A stretch of DNA of 64,000 nucleotides, taken from Octopus bimaculoides. Lineage: Eukaryota. The notes under the pieces were generated by a model. It was not told where the DNA came from and made no database searches. It worked only from the letters and a program-made list of their open reading frames with translations. The DNA lies in NCBI RefSeq assembly GCF_001194135.2, contig NC_068995.1, positions 20,220,357 to 20,284,356 on the forward strand. Direction: 5' to 3'. A program made the position numbers and the translations under genes. Positions 50,589 through 64,000 of this stretch are shown here, in pieces. How positions within the stretch are numbered: position 1 is the first letter of the stretch; each line of letters opens with the position of its first letter.

Positions 50589-50788
<200 letters not shown>

Positions 50789-51300
50789 CCCGACAAAAGA
50801 ATTTGATAAGCTCAAAAAATATAAGATCATAAAATCTCCGTAAAAGAATTTGATAAACTCAGAAAATATAAAGATATGCTGATTGAAATCGAAAAAATGT
50901 AGCATCTCAAGACGGTTACAATACCAATGATTGTAGAAGCACTTGGAATGATCGAAAAAGGAGCTGAAAATTATTTGAGAATGATCTCTAGCTTACCATC
51001 TATGCAGGGAGTGGAAAAGATCGTTTTAATGCGTATTCAAAAGAGCATCGTCGCGGTGAATTTTATTTCCTTTTGCCCCTTTATTTTCTTTCTTTTTTCT
51101 ATTTTTTCTATATTTGTATTTTTTTTTCCTCTTTTCTTTCTTTCTTCCCTTTTTTTATATCACGTAACTTGACTTTGTAAATGAACAATCTACTGGGGTT
51201 TTTTTTTATGGTCTACCAATGTATATAGTGAGTTTCTTTGCCTTAGATGTCGGGAAGACACTCGGTGAGAAATGAAAGCAAAAATGAGAGAAGACAAAAT
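50789..51300 (+). mobile_element. 5'-truncated RLE non-LTR retrotransposon (R4/Dong-like) following (TAA)n
   Basis: SVKEFDKLRKYKDMLIEIEKM*HLKTVTIPMIVEALGMIEKGAENYLRMISSLPSMQGVEKIVLM; 3'UTR ends at a TAA/TGA tract. Confidence 0.82.
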
Positions 51301-51329
51301 AAATAATGATAATAATGATAATAACAATA

Positions 51330-51364
<35 letters not shown>

Positions 51365-52955
51365 AGTTTCAAATTTTGGCAGAAGGCAAAGTGGGAGGAA
51401 TAAGTCGATTACATGGACTCCAGTACTCGAGTCAGATTCACTTCTTCATCCTTTATAATCTCTCTGTGACATTAACGTTCCTACTTCTATTAGTCCATTA
51501 ACGTTTCGAGGCTCTCTTGTTTAGTATGAAATGATCCTTTGCAACCCAACGCAAAGTGCACGGAAACATGCCTTTCTACAATCATATCATACAGAGGATA
51601 GAGTTTAAATAGTTTCAAAAACACTGACTAATTGATATAGAAACGTTAATGTTCCAACCTAAGCATTAAGACTAATAAGGAAATACGCGAAATCTCTAAT
51701 AAAACCCATCAAATACGGACATAGTTTTGCGCTCATTAAATGTTTGAAAGAGGATTCCCAATAAACATGGACTCTTTCTCTCTCTCACACACATATATCG
51801 CACAGTACACACACTCACACATTCACATTGCCTAACATTAAGGCAGATTTTATTTTCTAGTTCCACTTTTAAAAATTACCATCGTATACAAACGAGTAAT
51901 TTTCTAATACTGTTCTGTTTGAATCTACTAATGATCACAGCATATGTATCTATATGTTTATATGTCATATATATATNNNNNNNNNNNNNNNNNNNNNNNN
52001 NNNNNNNNNNNNNNNNNNNNNNNNNNNNNNNNNNNNNNNNNNNNNNNNNNNNNNNNNNNNNNNNNNNNNNNNNNNNNNNNNNNNNNNNNNNNNNNNNNNN
52101 NNNNNNNNNNNNNNNNNNNNNNNNNNNNNNNNNNNNNNNNNNNNNNNNNNNNNNNNNNNNNNNNNNNNNNNNNNNNNNNNNNNNNNNNNNNNNNNNNNNN
52201 NNNNNNNNNNNNNNNNNNNNNNNNNNNNNNNNNNNNNNNNNNNNNNNNNNNNNNNNNNNNNNNNNNNNNNNNNNNNNNNNNNNNNNNNNNNNNNNNNNNN
52301 NNNNNNNNNNNNNNNNNNNNNNNNNNNNNNNNNNNNNNNNNNNNNNNNNNNNNNNNNNNNNNNNNNNNNNNNNNNNNNNNNNNNNNNNNNNNNNNNNNNN
52401 NNNNNNNNNNNNNNNNNNNNNNNNNNNNNNNNNNNNNNNNNNNNNNNNNNNNNNNNNNNNNNNNNNNNNNNNNNNNNNNNNNNNNNNNNNNNNNNNNNNN
52501 NNNNNNNNNNNNNNNNNNNNNNNNNNNNNNNNNNNNNNNNNNNNNNNNNNNNNNNNNNNNNNNNNNNNNNNNNNNNNNNNNNNNNNNNNNNNNNNNNNNN
52601 NNNNNNNNNNNNNNNNNNNNNNNNNNNNNNNNNNNNNNNNNNNNNNNNNNNNNNNNNNNNNNNNNNNNNNNNNNNNNNNNNNNNNNNNNNNNNNNNNNNN
52701 NNNNNNNNNNNNNNNNNNNNNNNNNNNNNNNNNNNNNNNNNNNNNNNNNNNNNNNNNNNNNNNNNNNNNNNNNNNNNNNNNNNNNNNNNNNNNNNNNNNN
52801 NNNNNNNNNNNNNNNNNNNNNNNNNNNNNNNNNNNNNNNNNNNNNNNNNNNNNNNNNNNNNNNNNNNNNNNNNNNNNNNNNNNNNNNNATAGCGTGAGTT
52901 ATGGTAATGTTTCACTTCATTGTTGCTGTTTTTGTTGGCATTATTATTATTATTA

Positions 52956-53035
<80 letters not shown>

Positions 53036-53997
53036 GTGTGCTTCTGTGTGGATATATGCGTATAATGAATACAAACTCAGACATATTCATTCTCACACAG
53101 AAAGGAAAGACAAGAGAATTTAATCATAACAATTTTCATCACCAAATCTAGCTCAACCGGCTTACAATTCAACAACACCATACTCTCTAAATGTATTCTC
53201 TGTCGGGTCCACCTAACCAATAGTCTACAGTCAAACCACCATCCCTACCGGACAGTACCCTCTTCCTACCCGTTTACGTTTTTTTTTTTTTTTTCATTTT
53301 TCTTTTTTTTTTCTTTTTTTTTTCTTTTTCCTACTCTGAAGCATACCCATCCTTTCTCTTCATTTCTACCCATAATTATGAACACGAAATAAATAAATAA
53401 ATAACTAAATGAATAAATAAAATAAATATGAAAATAAACATAATAATAATAATAAAAATGAAAATATATATATATATATATAAAAAAAGAGACAATAGCG
53501 AAATAAAGAAAGGAACAACAATAAAAAGCAACAACAACAAGCAACCTACTAGAAAAACTACCAAACTTCATCACCATTGATCAGCTTGCTGGCGGAATAT
53601 TCATGACCATGTATTAATTAAAACATCAAAGAGGTGCCGATTACAATAGCATGCCTCCTCTACCTCACCCTTACAGTTATACACACACACACACATATAT
53701 AGTACACGTGTATGCACATAAATACGTACATACATACGCGCACTCATATATACATACACACACATACATATACACGTACACTAGACGAAAAATCGACCAA
53801 AAGAGGCTTAACAACGGTGCTTTATTAGATATACACCCAATGCAATGTTTAGGTCGAATTAGTAGCCTGTTCAAGAGTTCCTCGCAGAAATTGCTTCACT
53901 GAAGTCTGCTTCGATTGGCAATCAGCTTTCGACGCAAGGATGGTGGGTGGGTGGTAGGGTGGTGGTAAGGGTAGGGGTTGGACTCATTGTTCTTGTT

Positions 53998-54035
<38 letters not shown>

Positions 54036-54108
54036 TTTTTGCATTTATTTGTTATTGTAGTCTCTTTCTCCCAATTTTTCATCACTATCGAAATTATTAT
54101 TATTATTA

Positions 54109-54148
<40 letters not shown>

Positions 54149-54789
54149 CATCATTATTGTTGTTGTTGTTGTTATTACTATTATTTTTATTGTTATTGTC
54201 GTTATCATCATCATCATCAAAATCATCATCATCATCAAAATCATCATCATCGNNNNNNNNNNNNNNNNNNNNNNNNNNNNNNNNNNNNNNNNNNNNNNNN
54301 NNNNNNNNNNNNNNNNNNNNNNNNNNNNNNNNNNNNNNNNNNNNNNNNNNNNNNNTAGTGCTAGCATTACCACTATCCTACTACTCCTCCTCTTTTTCCT
54401 TCTCCTCTTCCACCTCCTCCTCATCATCATCATCATCTCAAATTCGTCATCAACATTATTATTGTTCTTATCCATATTTTTCTGGAGTTTTTGTTTTTTT
54501 TTTGTTCTTTTTTTTTAATGTTGTATTTATTTAAAGAGATTTCCGCAACCTTGTCCCCCCACCACCACCACCAACCTCGGTCGAATTCGTCCCTCCACCC
54601 TCGTTTCTCAACCAACCTCTCCTCTTACTATATTTTCCATTCACAACGAGAAGGGAAACCTGAAACAAATATAAAAAATAGTTACCGTCTGCGGTCACTA
54701 ATAATAATAAAAAAACACACTTGGTGCATTGGTTTGCCTGAGTAAAGCTTTAGTCGTAACTAACCAGGACTTAGGTGTATTATAAAAGG

Positions 54790-54998
54790 GTTTAACAGGT
54801 TTATTGTTTCGGTCTGAGTTTCATCTGCTTCTTTAGGTTTTGCGTTCAATTTCCACTGAGTTAAAACTTTGCATTTATCGACCCTTTCTGGGTCGATAAA
54901 ATAAGTTTAACCAGTCAAGCACTGAGGTCGATGTAATCAACAAACCACTTCTCATCACCTACATTTCAGACCTTCTACCTGTAGTAGAAAAGAATTAC
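54790..54998 (+). mobile_element. SINE family A (tail A2)
   Basis: GGGTCGATAAAATAAG..ACCAGTCAAGCACTGAGGTCGATGTAATC..CCTGTAGTAGAAAAGAATT. Confidence 0.8.
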
Positions 54999-55056
54999 CA
55001 TCATATCATGTACACTGTCATCGTCGTCATCATCATCATCATCATCATTGCAGTAA

Positions 55057-55148
<92 letters not shown>

Positions 55149-55562
55149 GGGAGTTAGGGAGAGGGAGAGAAATTCACTGAGATGATGTATGTATGGGTTT
55201 ATGGGTGTGTGTGTGTGTGAGTGTGTGAATGCATGCATGTATGTATGTATGCACACACATACACACACACGCACACACGCACACACAGCACACCCTTTAA
55301 GCTGTACTGTACTTCCGAACACAATTAACGTGAAGTATTTAGAACAGTAAGGTGAAAGAAATTATCCTACCTGATGAATACATGCGATAGGGTAAGGAAC
55401 ATGATAGGTACCTTCAATTTTCATCGTAAATTACCCGTTTAAATGATGGCTTTATGGTGTAACCACCAGGTGCGCTCCATTGCTATAAATTGAACTAACA
55501 TTATAACGACATCCTACGGAAATTTCCGTTTGATATATATATATGCATATATATAGATATAA

Positions 55563-55617
<55 letters not shown>

Positions 55618-55934
55618 NNNNNNNNNNNNNNNNNNNNNNNNNNNNNNNNNNNNNNNNNNNNNNNNNNNNNNNNNNNNNNNNNNNNNNNNNNNNNNNNNNN
55701 NNNNNNNNNNNNNNNNNNNNNNNNNNNNNNNNNNNNNNNNNNNNNNNNNNNNNNNNNNNNNNNNNNNNNNNNNNNNNNNNNNNNNNNNNNNNNNNNNNNN
55801 NNNNNNNNNNNNATATATATATATATATATACATACATACATATATACCCTGTATATGTACATATGGGTTTGTACTAATGAATGCATATGCATATATTTA
55901 TAGGGACGTGTATGTGTGTTTGTGTCTGTGTAAG

Positions 55935-57030
55935 ATAGAGCCGAAGAGTAAAAATCTTAAATCGCTTAAATAAATAACTTAATGACAGCGGGAAATCCCA
56001 CCTCCAAAACGCTGCTTTCAGTAACCGAAAATAAACTCAATTTCTCCAATGGAAAAGAAAAAGACGAAAGAGAAGCCGAAGCAATCAAAAATATTAAAAC
56101 GAATCCTAAAACCCTTCAATAAATTTGCAAGAAAATCTACTCCGTTGCCTTACAAGTTAGGGCCACTCTGCGAAGAAAAACAGCTTACCGATACCACACA
56201 TTATAGGGAGAAGTGAAATACGAAATACACAATTCTAAGGTGTTTTCACTTTTCCGTTGAGAGATATGTAAATATATAAGTATGAGAAGTTTTTCAACAC
56301 CGCAGAACAGCACAAGGAACAGGCAGTCATCGATTACATCTTCATAAAAAAATGAGGATGTAATATCGGTCGTTGATAAAATGAACTTGCTGTCAGCAAT
56401 AGGCCCTGATGGTTTTTCTAGTTATTCTTTTAAAGAGACGCGAGAAATCTCTAACAATACTACTGTAAATACTTTATCCAGAACTTCCATGCATGTGGCA
56501 AGTTAATTTAAAAAATTAAACGGGGGTGTAATATGCCCTATCCATAAAGGAAGAACCAGAGCTGTTGCTAAAAGATCACAGGCATATCTCATATGTTAGT
56601 GACGACAGGATGGAATTGCCTCACAGAGCAACTACAGCATTATGACTGAGTACATTTAAGAATGAACATGAAACATCTCGACTTTCGATAAAGGATCGCG
56701 AAACCATGTCACAGATTGCGTGATCTTAGTATCGTTTGAAAATTAGGCGAGGAGAAGGCTGCATGACTGTGTAAAAGGTAGGAGTCAGAAAGTTGCTGTC
56801 GATGGTTCTCTCTCTCTGATGAGACGTCAATTCTTAGCGGAGTCCCTTAGGGAACCGTACGAAGGCCACTACTGTTTGTAGTTTGTTTCTCCGAAATGTC
56901 TTCAGTCATTCAGTTAACCACTTACACCAGCTGTGCATACGATACAAAAGTATCACGGGCAGTCAAGATCCCTGGAAAAGGAAGATATAGCTTCTAAGTG
57001 ACATGTGATGTATTTATTACGGGCCCAGGA
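55935..57030 (+). mobile_element. Decayed CR1/L2-group LINE ORF2 fragment (linker plus RT core)
   Basis: EREAEAIKNIKTNPK; SAIGPDGF; GVICPIHKG; CLTEQLQHYD; GRSQKVAVDG; SGVP*GTVRRPLLF; TSCAYDTKV (YADD relic), all in RT order. Confidence 0.85.
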
Positions 57031-57510
57031 AAGGTTACTGTTCCTGTCACTAGGACTAGCATTCTCTGGCTTTCGGAATATATACCTACACATAACTTTC
57101 TGCTGGTATTTTGTGTATTTCTGTCCCATGCTGTTATTTATGTAAGTCAATCCAACAACGATTGTTTCACATCGAGTGGCTGTAAACTCGGAGTACTTGC
57201 ACTGGAGTTCTTCGCCTAATCCTATGTTTCAGTATTTTTTTATTGCTCATCAGATGACGAGAAACCTTCATTTCTCTGATCATTAAATCAACTTATATAT
57301 TTATATCTAACATTGCGGATCTTGACTGCGATAGAGTGACAAATTCTAGCACCGAGTTTTGTTGGTGGCGTGATTGAATAATGATTATTTAAATACAACA
57401 GAGTTTGTATTATATAACTTAGTATAAGTTCAAAGTTTTTACATGCATCGAGAAATGAGTCTGATACTTCATTTGTAGGCAAGACACAGACTTGGCAAAT
57501 CTTTAGGCCT
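57030..57510 (-). mobile_element. Possible Penelope-like 3' end with degenerate hammerhead-like motif
   Basis: KICQVC and NSVLEFVTL relics, then minus-strand CTGATGAG-CAATAAAAAAATACT-GAAAC (57226-57253). Confidence 0.45.
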
Positions 57511-57692
57511 GTTTGTCCTCACGCACACAAAGTTTCCCAGCCATAAACGCACTCACTCTTTTACATGTATGCACACACGTGCGCGATCCAGGATTGTCAC
57601 GATTATTAGAAAGACATAAAGGCCGTGTCTGCGCGTATACATAATTATATGTGTGCGTGCACCGAGAACATATCTGCGTACATATGTATGCA

Positions 57693-57960
<268 letters not shown>

Positions 57961-58023
57961 TATACGTACATGTAGATGAAGGTATGTACATACATGTACA
58001 TATATATGCATATATCCATATAT

Positions 58024-58054
<31 letters not shown>

Positions 58055-58135
58055 ATGTGTGCGTGTGTGCGCGCGCGCGCGCGTGTGTGTGTATTTATGT
58101 ATTTACGTATGTACTGTACGTATGTTTATTTAAGT

Positions 58136-58453
58136 GAAGGCGCGTGGCTTAGTGGTTAGGACATTCGACTCACGATTGTAAAGTCGTGAGTTCAATTCCA
58201 GGCAACTCGTTGTGTCCTAGACACTTTCTTTCACGTTGCTCCCGTGCACTCTGCTGGCAAAAATGTGTAGTACCTGTATTTCAAAGGAGCCAGCCTTGTT
58301 ACATTCTGCATCACGTTGAATTTAGCAGTGAACTACGTTAAGGGTACACGTGTCTGTGGAGTGCTCAGCCACTCGCACGTTAATTTCACGAGCAAGCTGT
58401 TCCATTGATCGGATCAACTGGAACTCTCGTCGTCGTAACCGACGGAGTGCCAG
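58136..58453 (+). mobile_element. SINE family C, well preserved, within a (TATG)n tract
   Basis: A-box TGGCTTAGTGG, B-box GAGTTCAATTCC, body TTGTGTCC..CACGTTGCTCC, 3' end ..GTAACCGACGGAGTGCCA. Confidence 0.85.
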
Positions 58454-58598
58454 GTGTATGTATGTATGTATGTATGTATGTGAACATGTATGTATGAATG
58501 TGTGTATGTGTGTATGTATGTATGTATGCGTTTGTGTGTATGTATGTATGTGTGTATGTGTGTGTGTATGTATGTATGTATGTATGTATGCGCTTGTG

Positions 58599-58634
<36 letters not shown>

Positions 58635-59969
58635 TGTATGTATGCGTTTGTGTGTATGTATGTAAGCATGTGCGTATGTATGTATGTGCGTGTATGTGTT
58701 TATGTATGTATGTCTGTATGTATGTATGTATGATGTACGTGCGTTCTTGCCTGGATATGTATTAATATATGCTTACGTCGCCTACACCGGCCTTCCTTCA
58801 GTGTGCCTGATGGAATGCGAGTGTGTGAACGTGTGTTCGCGCGTGTGTCTGTGATCGATTATATATGGCTGGCTATGAGTGTGTGTGAAAGTATGAATAA
58901 CCTGAACACCTTTCGTTAAGTAACAACAAATGAGGTTCATCAAGATCTTCTCTTTGAGACCTTTTTTGATCTACCAAAAAAATACACTTAAATGGAGAGT
59001 TTAATGTTTCTTATTTCAGGTTCACAGCTTCGCTTTTCAGGTTCAAATATTCGTGTTTCATAGAGGAAAGGTTTGCGCCATTTTTGATGATTTTTATGCA
59101 CATGAACACACCCATATGTCTGTGCGAGTGTGAAAGTGTGTGTATGTGTGCCAGTGTATGTACGTATGTATATATGTATATATGTATGTACGTACATATG
59201 TACCTATATATATATCTATATCATATGTATCTATATATGTATGTACACACATATGTACGTACATATGTACCTATATACACATACACACACACACGCACAG
59301 CTGTATACATATATNNNNNNNNNNNNNNNNNNNNNNNNNNNNNNNNNNNNNNNNNNNNNNNNNNNNNNNNNNNNNNNNNNNNNNNNNNNNNNNNNNNNNN
59401 NNNNNNNNNNNNNNNNNNNNNNNNNNNNNNNNNNNNNNNNNNNNNNNNNNNNNNNNNATATATATATAAATATATGTATGTACGTATGTATATATGTATG
59501 TATGTATGTATGTATATACATATGTATCTACCTATACACACACACACATGCAGATAGACAATTATACATTTATGTCTGTATGTTTATTTATGTGTGTCTA
59601 TGTGTGTGTGTCTATGTGTGTGTGTGCGCGTGTGTGTGTGTGTACATATGTGTGTGTATATATTAGTATGTATCTTTGAATATATATTCACACACTCGTT
59701 TATATATTCCATATATGTTCCCTAATTATGCATCCAGGACTTCTTACTGCTATGAGTCCGTATATCCTACATAAAAGCAATGTATTGGGAATATATACAG
59801 ATATATTAATCAGTTGGAATAAAAAGAGAGTAATACGCGAATATTACTGGTATCATATTTGATAACACTCGTGACAATTAGAGCTTGAATCTATCAAGGA
59901 GAGACGAAATGTCTTAAAGCACAAATATTTTTACATAATTTTTTAAGTGTAAAAGCGCAGCCGTATAAT

Positions 59970-60613
59970 TCAATAGTTTCAAATTTTGGCACAGGGCCAG
60001 CAATTTTAGGGAAGAGTTAAGTCAATTACATCGACCTCAGTATTCAACTGGTACTTATTTTATCGAGCCCGAAGAAATGAAAGGCAAAGTTGACCTCGAC
60101 AGGATTTGTACTCAGAACCGAAGATGGACGAAATGCCGCAAAGCTTGCCGTCTTGGAAGTAGCTTAATAATAACGTTTTCTACTACAGGCACAAGGTCTG
60201 AAATTTTCGGGGGAGGATCAAGTCGATTACATTGACCCCTATTGTTCAACTGGTACTTCTTTTATTGATCCCATAAGGATGAAAAGCAAAGTCAACCTCG
60301 GCGTAATTTTAACTCAGAACGTAAAGCCGATCAAAATGTCACTAAACGTTCCAGCTGGTCCGCTTTGATAGCTGTAATAATAATCCTTTCTACTGAAGGC
60401 ACAAGGCCTGAAATTCTGGGGGAGGCGATTAATCGATCACATCGACTCCAGTGTTTCGTTGCTACTTATTTTATCGACCCCGAAAAGATGAAAAACAAAA
60501 GTCCACCTCAGCGAAATTTTAACGAAATTTTTACGAAATTTTAACGCAAAGTCAGACGAAATGCCGCTAAGCATTTTGTCCGGCCTGCTAACCATTCTGC
60601 TAGCTCGCCACCT
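59970..60613 (-). mobile_element. Three head-to-tail SINE A copies (A1, A2, A2)
   Basis: Copies at 59970-60148, 60166-60358 and 60375-60613; GCTGTAATA direct repeat at 60371-79 and 60617-25. Confidence 0.9.
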
Positions 60614-60856
60614 TTTGCTGTAATAGCAATGAGAGGGGAAAATTTTGGAAAATATGATGGGAATATTTCTTCTTGGAACATTTAGCAAAAGTATATGATA
60701 ATATTTTTAAATGTCTAAAATGAAGTGAGTCGTGAAAAGTAAAACAAGGTAAAAATACCTGCATATATGATATACTTATATATGCAAGCACATCATTGAT
60801 TTTTTCGGTATCCTTGATTCCGAAACAATGTTGAATTAACCGTTTTGCTGGACCCT

Positions 60857-60987
60857 CCACATGGTTCCGGGTTCAGTCCCACTGCGTAGCATCTTGGGCA
60901 AGTATTTTCTACCATAGCCTCGGACCGACTAAAGCTTTGTGAGTGGATTTGGTAGATCGAAACTGAAAGAAGCTCATCATATACATA

Positions 60988-61035
<48 letters not shown>

Positions 61036-61277
61036 TGCGTGTGCGTGTTTGCATGTGCGTGTGTGCGTGTGTGTATTTGAACCACCTCTATCACCACTTC
61101 ACAACCGGTGCTAGTGTGCTTACGTTCCTATAACTAGCGGTTCGGCAAAAGAGAATATGTACCATGCTTTAAAAAAAAGAAGTACCGGGGTCGATACTTT
61201 CGCCTAAAAATTCTTCAAGGTGATGCTCCAGCGTGACCGTAGTTTAATGACTGGTAACTAGTAAAAGTAAAAGATAG
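60857..61277 (+). mobile_element. SINE family B with internal (TG)n
   Basis: CCACATGGTTCCGGGTTCAGTCCCACTGCG..CTTGGGCAAGT..GGGGTCGAT..GCTCCAGC..GTAAAAGTAAAAGA. Confidence 0.9.
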
Positions 61278-61295
61278 ACATCTAATTCTTTACAA

Positions 61296-61548
61296 CAGTA
61301 GTTCTCAACCATTTCTTGACTGTGAACCTCTTTGATTTCTCTTTTACTCTATTGGACCCCAATAGCCATTTGATGTTTAAAACATCCGTTTATCTTTTTA
61401 TAATTAAACATTATTAGGGAACTGTATGCAAAAAATTCTAATATTTTGTGTGTTTTAGAAGTCTAACCAGTTTTTTGCACTTACATTTTAACAACTAAAC
61501 CTTACACCGTCCCCCAAGGACCACATGGACTCCGGTTGAGAACCACTG
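61296..61548. mobile_element. hAT-type MITE
   Basis: TIRs CAGTAGTTCTCAACC and GGTTGAGAACCACTG; partial 8-bp TSD CTTTACAA/CTTTATGT. Confidence 0.8.
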
Positions 61549-61771
61549 CTTTATGTCACAGACAGTAGATGAATCAATGCCGTTGATATTTTATAGCTTA
61601 TGTACCGAAACACTACGGGCCATTGTTTTCAATGATTCTTTCACAATATGGATCGATGTTCAAGTTTATCATTACCTCTGACGCTTACCAGTAGTAGCCA
61701 TTGTTAAGGGCAACTTTAAACTAAACAAGCGAGGGGTCTCTCAAAATTTTAGAATCGTCATTATGATGAGC

Positions 61772-62012
61772 AATGTAAATAATTCTTTCTATTACAGACA
61801 TAAGGCCTGAAATGTTAGGGGAAGAGCTAGTCGATTACATTGACCCCAGTGCTGGAGTGATATGTATTTCATGGACCCCGAATCGATGAAAGGCATGGTC
61901 GACTTCGGCGGAATTTTAACTCAGAACATAAAGACAGACGAAATGCCGCTAGGCGTTTTGTGCGGTGTGCCAACAATTCTGCCAGCACGCCGCCTTGTGG
62001 AATGTAAATAAT
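61772..62012 (-). mobile_element. SINE family A (A2) with 12-bp TSD
   Basis: AATGTAAATAAT at 61772-61783 and 62001-62012 flank a full copy. Confidence 0.92.
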
Positions 62013-63234
62013 GCTTGTAGACACACGGTACACACATCACTTGCGGTCGCGTGGGGAAAATAGACAAGCAGCCACAGGAATTTCAAGTTTCTCCTCGTGA
62101 TTCATCCGGATTAAAGGAAGTGTTGGACCAATTTCCGGAAAATCAGTGGTGTACATGTACTTATGGTGCATATTTTCATTGAGATTGATCTTTAAAACTG
62201 ACATAGAGGCGGAGATGAATTGTACACACTCGCATGCGCGCGCATACACACACACACACATACAGACACGCATGAAAGGATTTAACTGAGAAAGGTTTTT
62301 CGTAATGGATGCATTTCCCATTATATATTATGCAAAGCAGAAACGTACGTATTAAATGATTTCTTATCACTATTTAGTTTGACTTCATTATTACAACTTG
62401 GGATTGCCTTTTGTTTTATTATACTTGCATCAGCTGAACCACTCCACTGCCTACAGTCACCATTTATTTATGTGGGTTCTGAATAGCTGCGCTTCACATT
62501 GGAGTTTAGGTGTCATCTGATTTTGTATACCTATTATCTATGTGCTCTGTGACACTGTCTTCCCTATTACATACATACTTGTGCGTGATGTGTGTCTGTG
62601 TGTTTGTGTGTCCGTGTGTTTGTGTGTCTGTGTGTTTTTGTGTATTTCAAACAAATAAATATATATTCTACATATTTTCTCTAATCCTAGAGCTATGTTT
62701 CCAACGAAAACGTGTAGATAAATTGTATATGCATACAACACCGTCATCAGCAGGATAAGGGAGGTAAGGTTGATTTGATTAAGGTTAATAACTTCATTTT
62801 CGTTCGCCTTGGTACAAATGTGAGCCTGAATTTAGTCAGACCAGGTAAAATGTAAAACTAAACAGTAAAAAGAACAATCTCCAGAATTTCATATTAAAAT
62901 CTCTTCTAATGCTGCGGCCCCTACTGGATTATTTTAGTATTGCTTTAGCAATATTATAGTGACATAGACTAAAGTTCCGGATTTAAATACAGGCTTTACA
63001 GCTTATAATGTTATTGTCATCAATTTCTCCATCATTTTTAAAATTATTTTTACGAGATGTGCTACTGGCCAGATATGCAGCATTCCATTTGTAAAATAAG
63101 ATCGTTATACCTCATGTAGAGAATTAATAGTCCGAAAATTACTCACAGAAAAAAGATAAAATCTTATCACTTTTACAAAAGCTACGGTTGTTAATAGCTG
63201 TCGTCTGCATCAACTTGGACAAGCCGTAGCTTCT

Positions 63235-63430
63235 ACTGTGTGGTCGTTAGATCAACAAGAAATAGACACCAATTTGTTCTTAACTTATACCTACACTCTT
63301 GAAAAGGGAAGGTTATATTGGTCAATGAGTTCCTGGATACGCTATCTCTGAAAACAACATGGATAGTTATGGGTGAAGTGTCTTTGCTCATAGACTTATT
63401 CAGTTAAGGAAAGTTGAGGCTGATCTTCAA
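63235..63430 (+). mobile_element. Family D copy
   Basis: GGTCGTTAGATCAACAAGAAATAG..ATATTGGTCAATGAGTTCCTGGATAC..CATAGACTTATTCAG. Confidence 0.55.
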
Positions 63431-63749
63431 TAGCAACTTAGAAATAGGTGATTTCTGTCGTTCCAAGTTAAGTGATTTGGACAAGGTTACAAGTCAGTAA
63501 CGAAGTTTGATAATACCTAGGTATACCTAGAACCGGTTCAATCAATAATATTGATTAATTTATCTCACCTACGGTGAGATAAAACTATTCCTATAAGAAA
63601 TTTAAGTCCGAGTCAAAATAGTAATTGATTCAATAACCATTTCGGGTTTTGCCCTTCATTGCAGGCGAAATGAACTTGCTAAAATTTGAGTTATAACAAG
63701 AATTATAAAGATGATGTCATGATTGAAATTTTGCCTTTGGTCTTTGTAC

Positions 63750-63900
63750 ATAATAATAGTTTCAATTTTTGGAACAAGGCCAGAAATTTTAGGCGAGAGA
63801 GATAGTCGATCACATCAACTGCAGTGTTCAACTGATATTTATTTTATCGCCTCTGAATAGCTGAATTACAAATTCGATCTCAGTAGAATTTGAACTCGTA
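63750..63900 (-). mobile_element. SINE family A (A1), head missing
   Basis: AATAGTTTCAATTTTTGGAACAAGGCCAG..TAGTCGATCACATC..TTTTATCG..GAATTTGAACTC. Confidence 0.75.
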
Positions 63901-64000
63901 TTTAGATATAAATATAAAGAAATCATGTATGTATAACCGAAGTTATAATAAAGGCTATGGTTCATATTGAGGTAAAAGTTCACTATATTCTACACCAAGT

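Noticed and set aside
58136-58205. tRNA-like sequence
   Set aside because: No acceptor-stem closure or canonical cloverleaf; continues into a SINE body, so it is a SINE head, not a tRNA gene
62035-62180. Frame KIDKQPQEFQVSPRDSSGLKEVLDQFPENQW
   Set aside because: Under 50 codons, weak splice signals, no homology recognised
63640-63700. Strong acceptor TTTTGCCCTTCATTGCAG at 63664
   Set aside because: All three frames stop within about 11 codons; a terminal exon cannot be supported without transcripts

Overview
AT-rich eukaryotic genomic DNA with very dense microsatellites and 18 N-gaps (about 6.5 kb, most flanked by AT/CA/GA-type repeats, as expected for a short-read assembly). The SINE repertoire and repeat density suggest an octopus genome; this is an inference from recalled repeat families, not a database hit. 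I can support no host protein-coding exon and no functional RNA gene. Almost all long ORFs in the track are microsatellite or N-run artefacts. Supported content: (i) three tRNA-headed SINE families (called A, B, C here) plus two unclassified dispersed repeats (D, F); (ii) a full-length dead cecropia-type mariner (36250-37520) inside a 31-bp minisatellite, plus a deleted mariner of another lineage; (iii) two hAT-type MITEs; (iv) a decayed CR1/L2-group RT fragment; (v) Penelope-like GIY-YIG fragments and hammerhead-like motifs; (vi) two lineages of restriction-like-endonuclease (RLE) non-LTR retrotransposons, one always embedded in (TAA)n and one associated with (TACA)n/(CATA)n. The most interesting theme is a microsatellite-retroelement ecosystem: SINE B carries an internal microsatellite seed, SINE A re-uses AAT-containing targets, and RLE LINEs land in microsatellites. 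Several near-perfect 65-80 bp palindromes remain unexplained.
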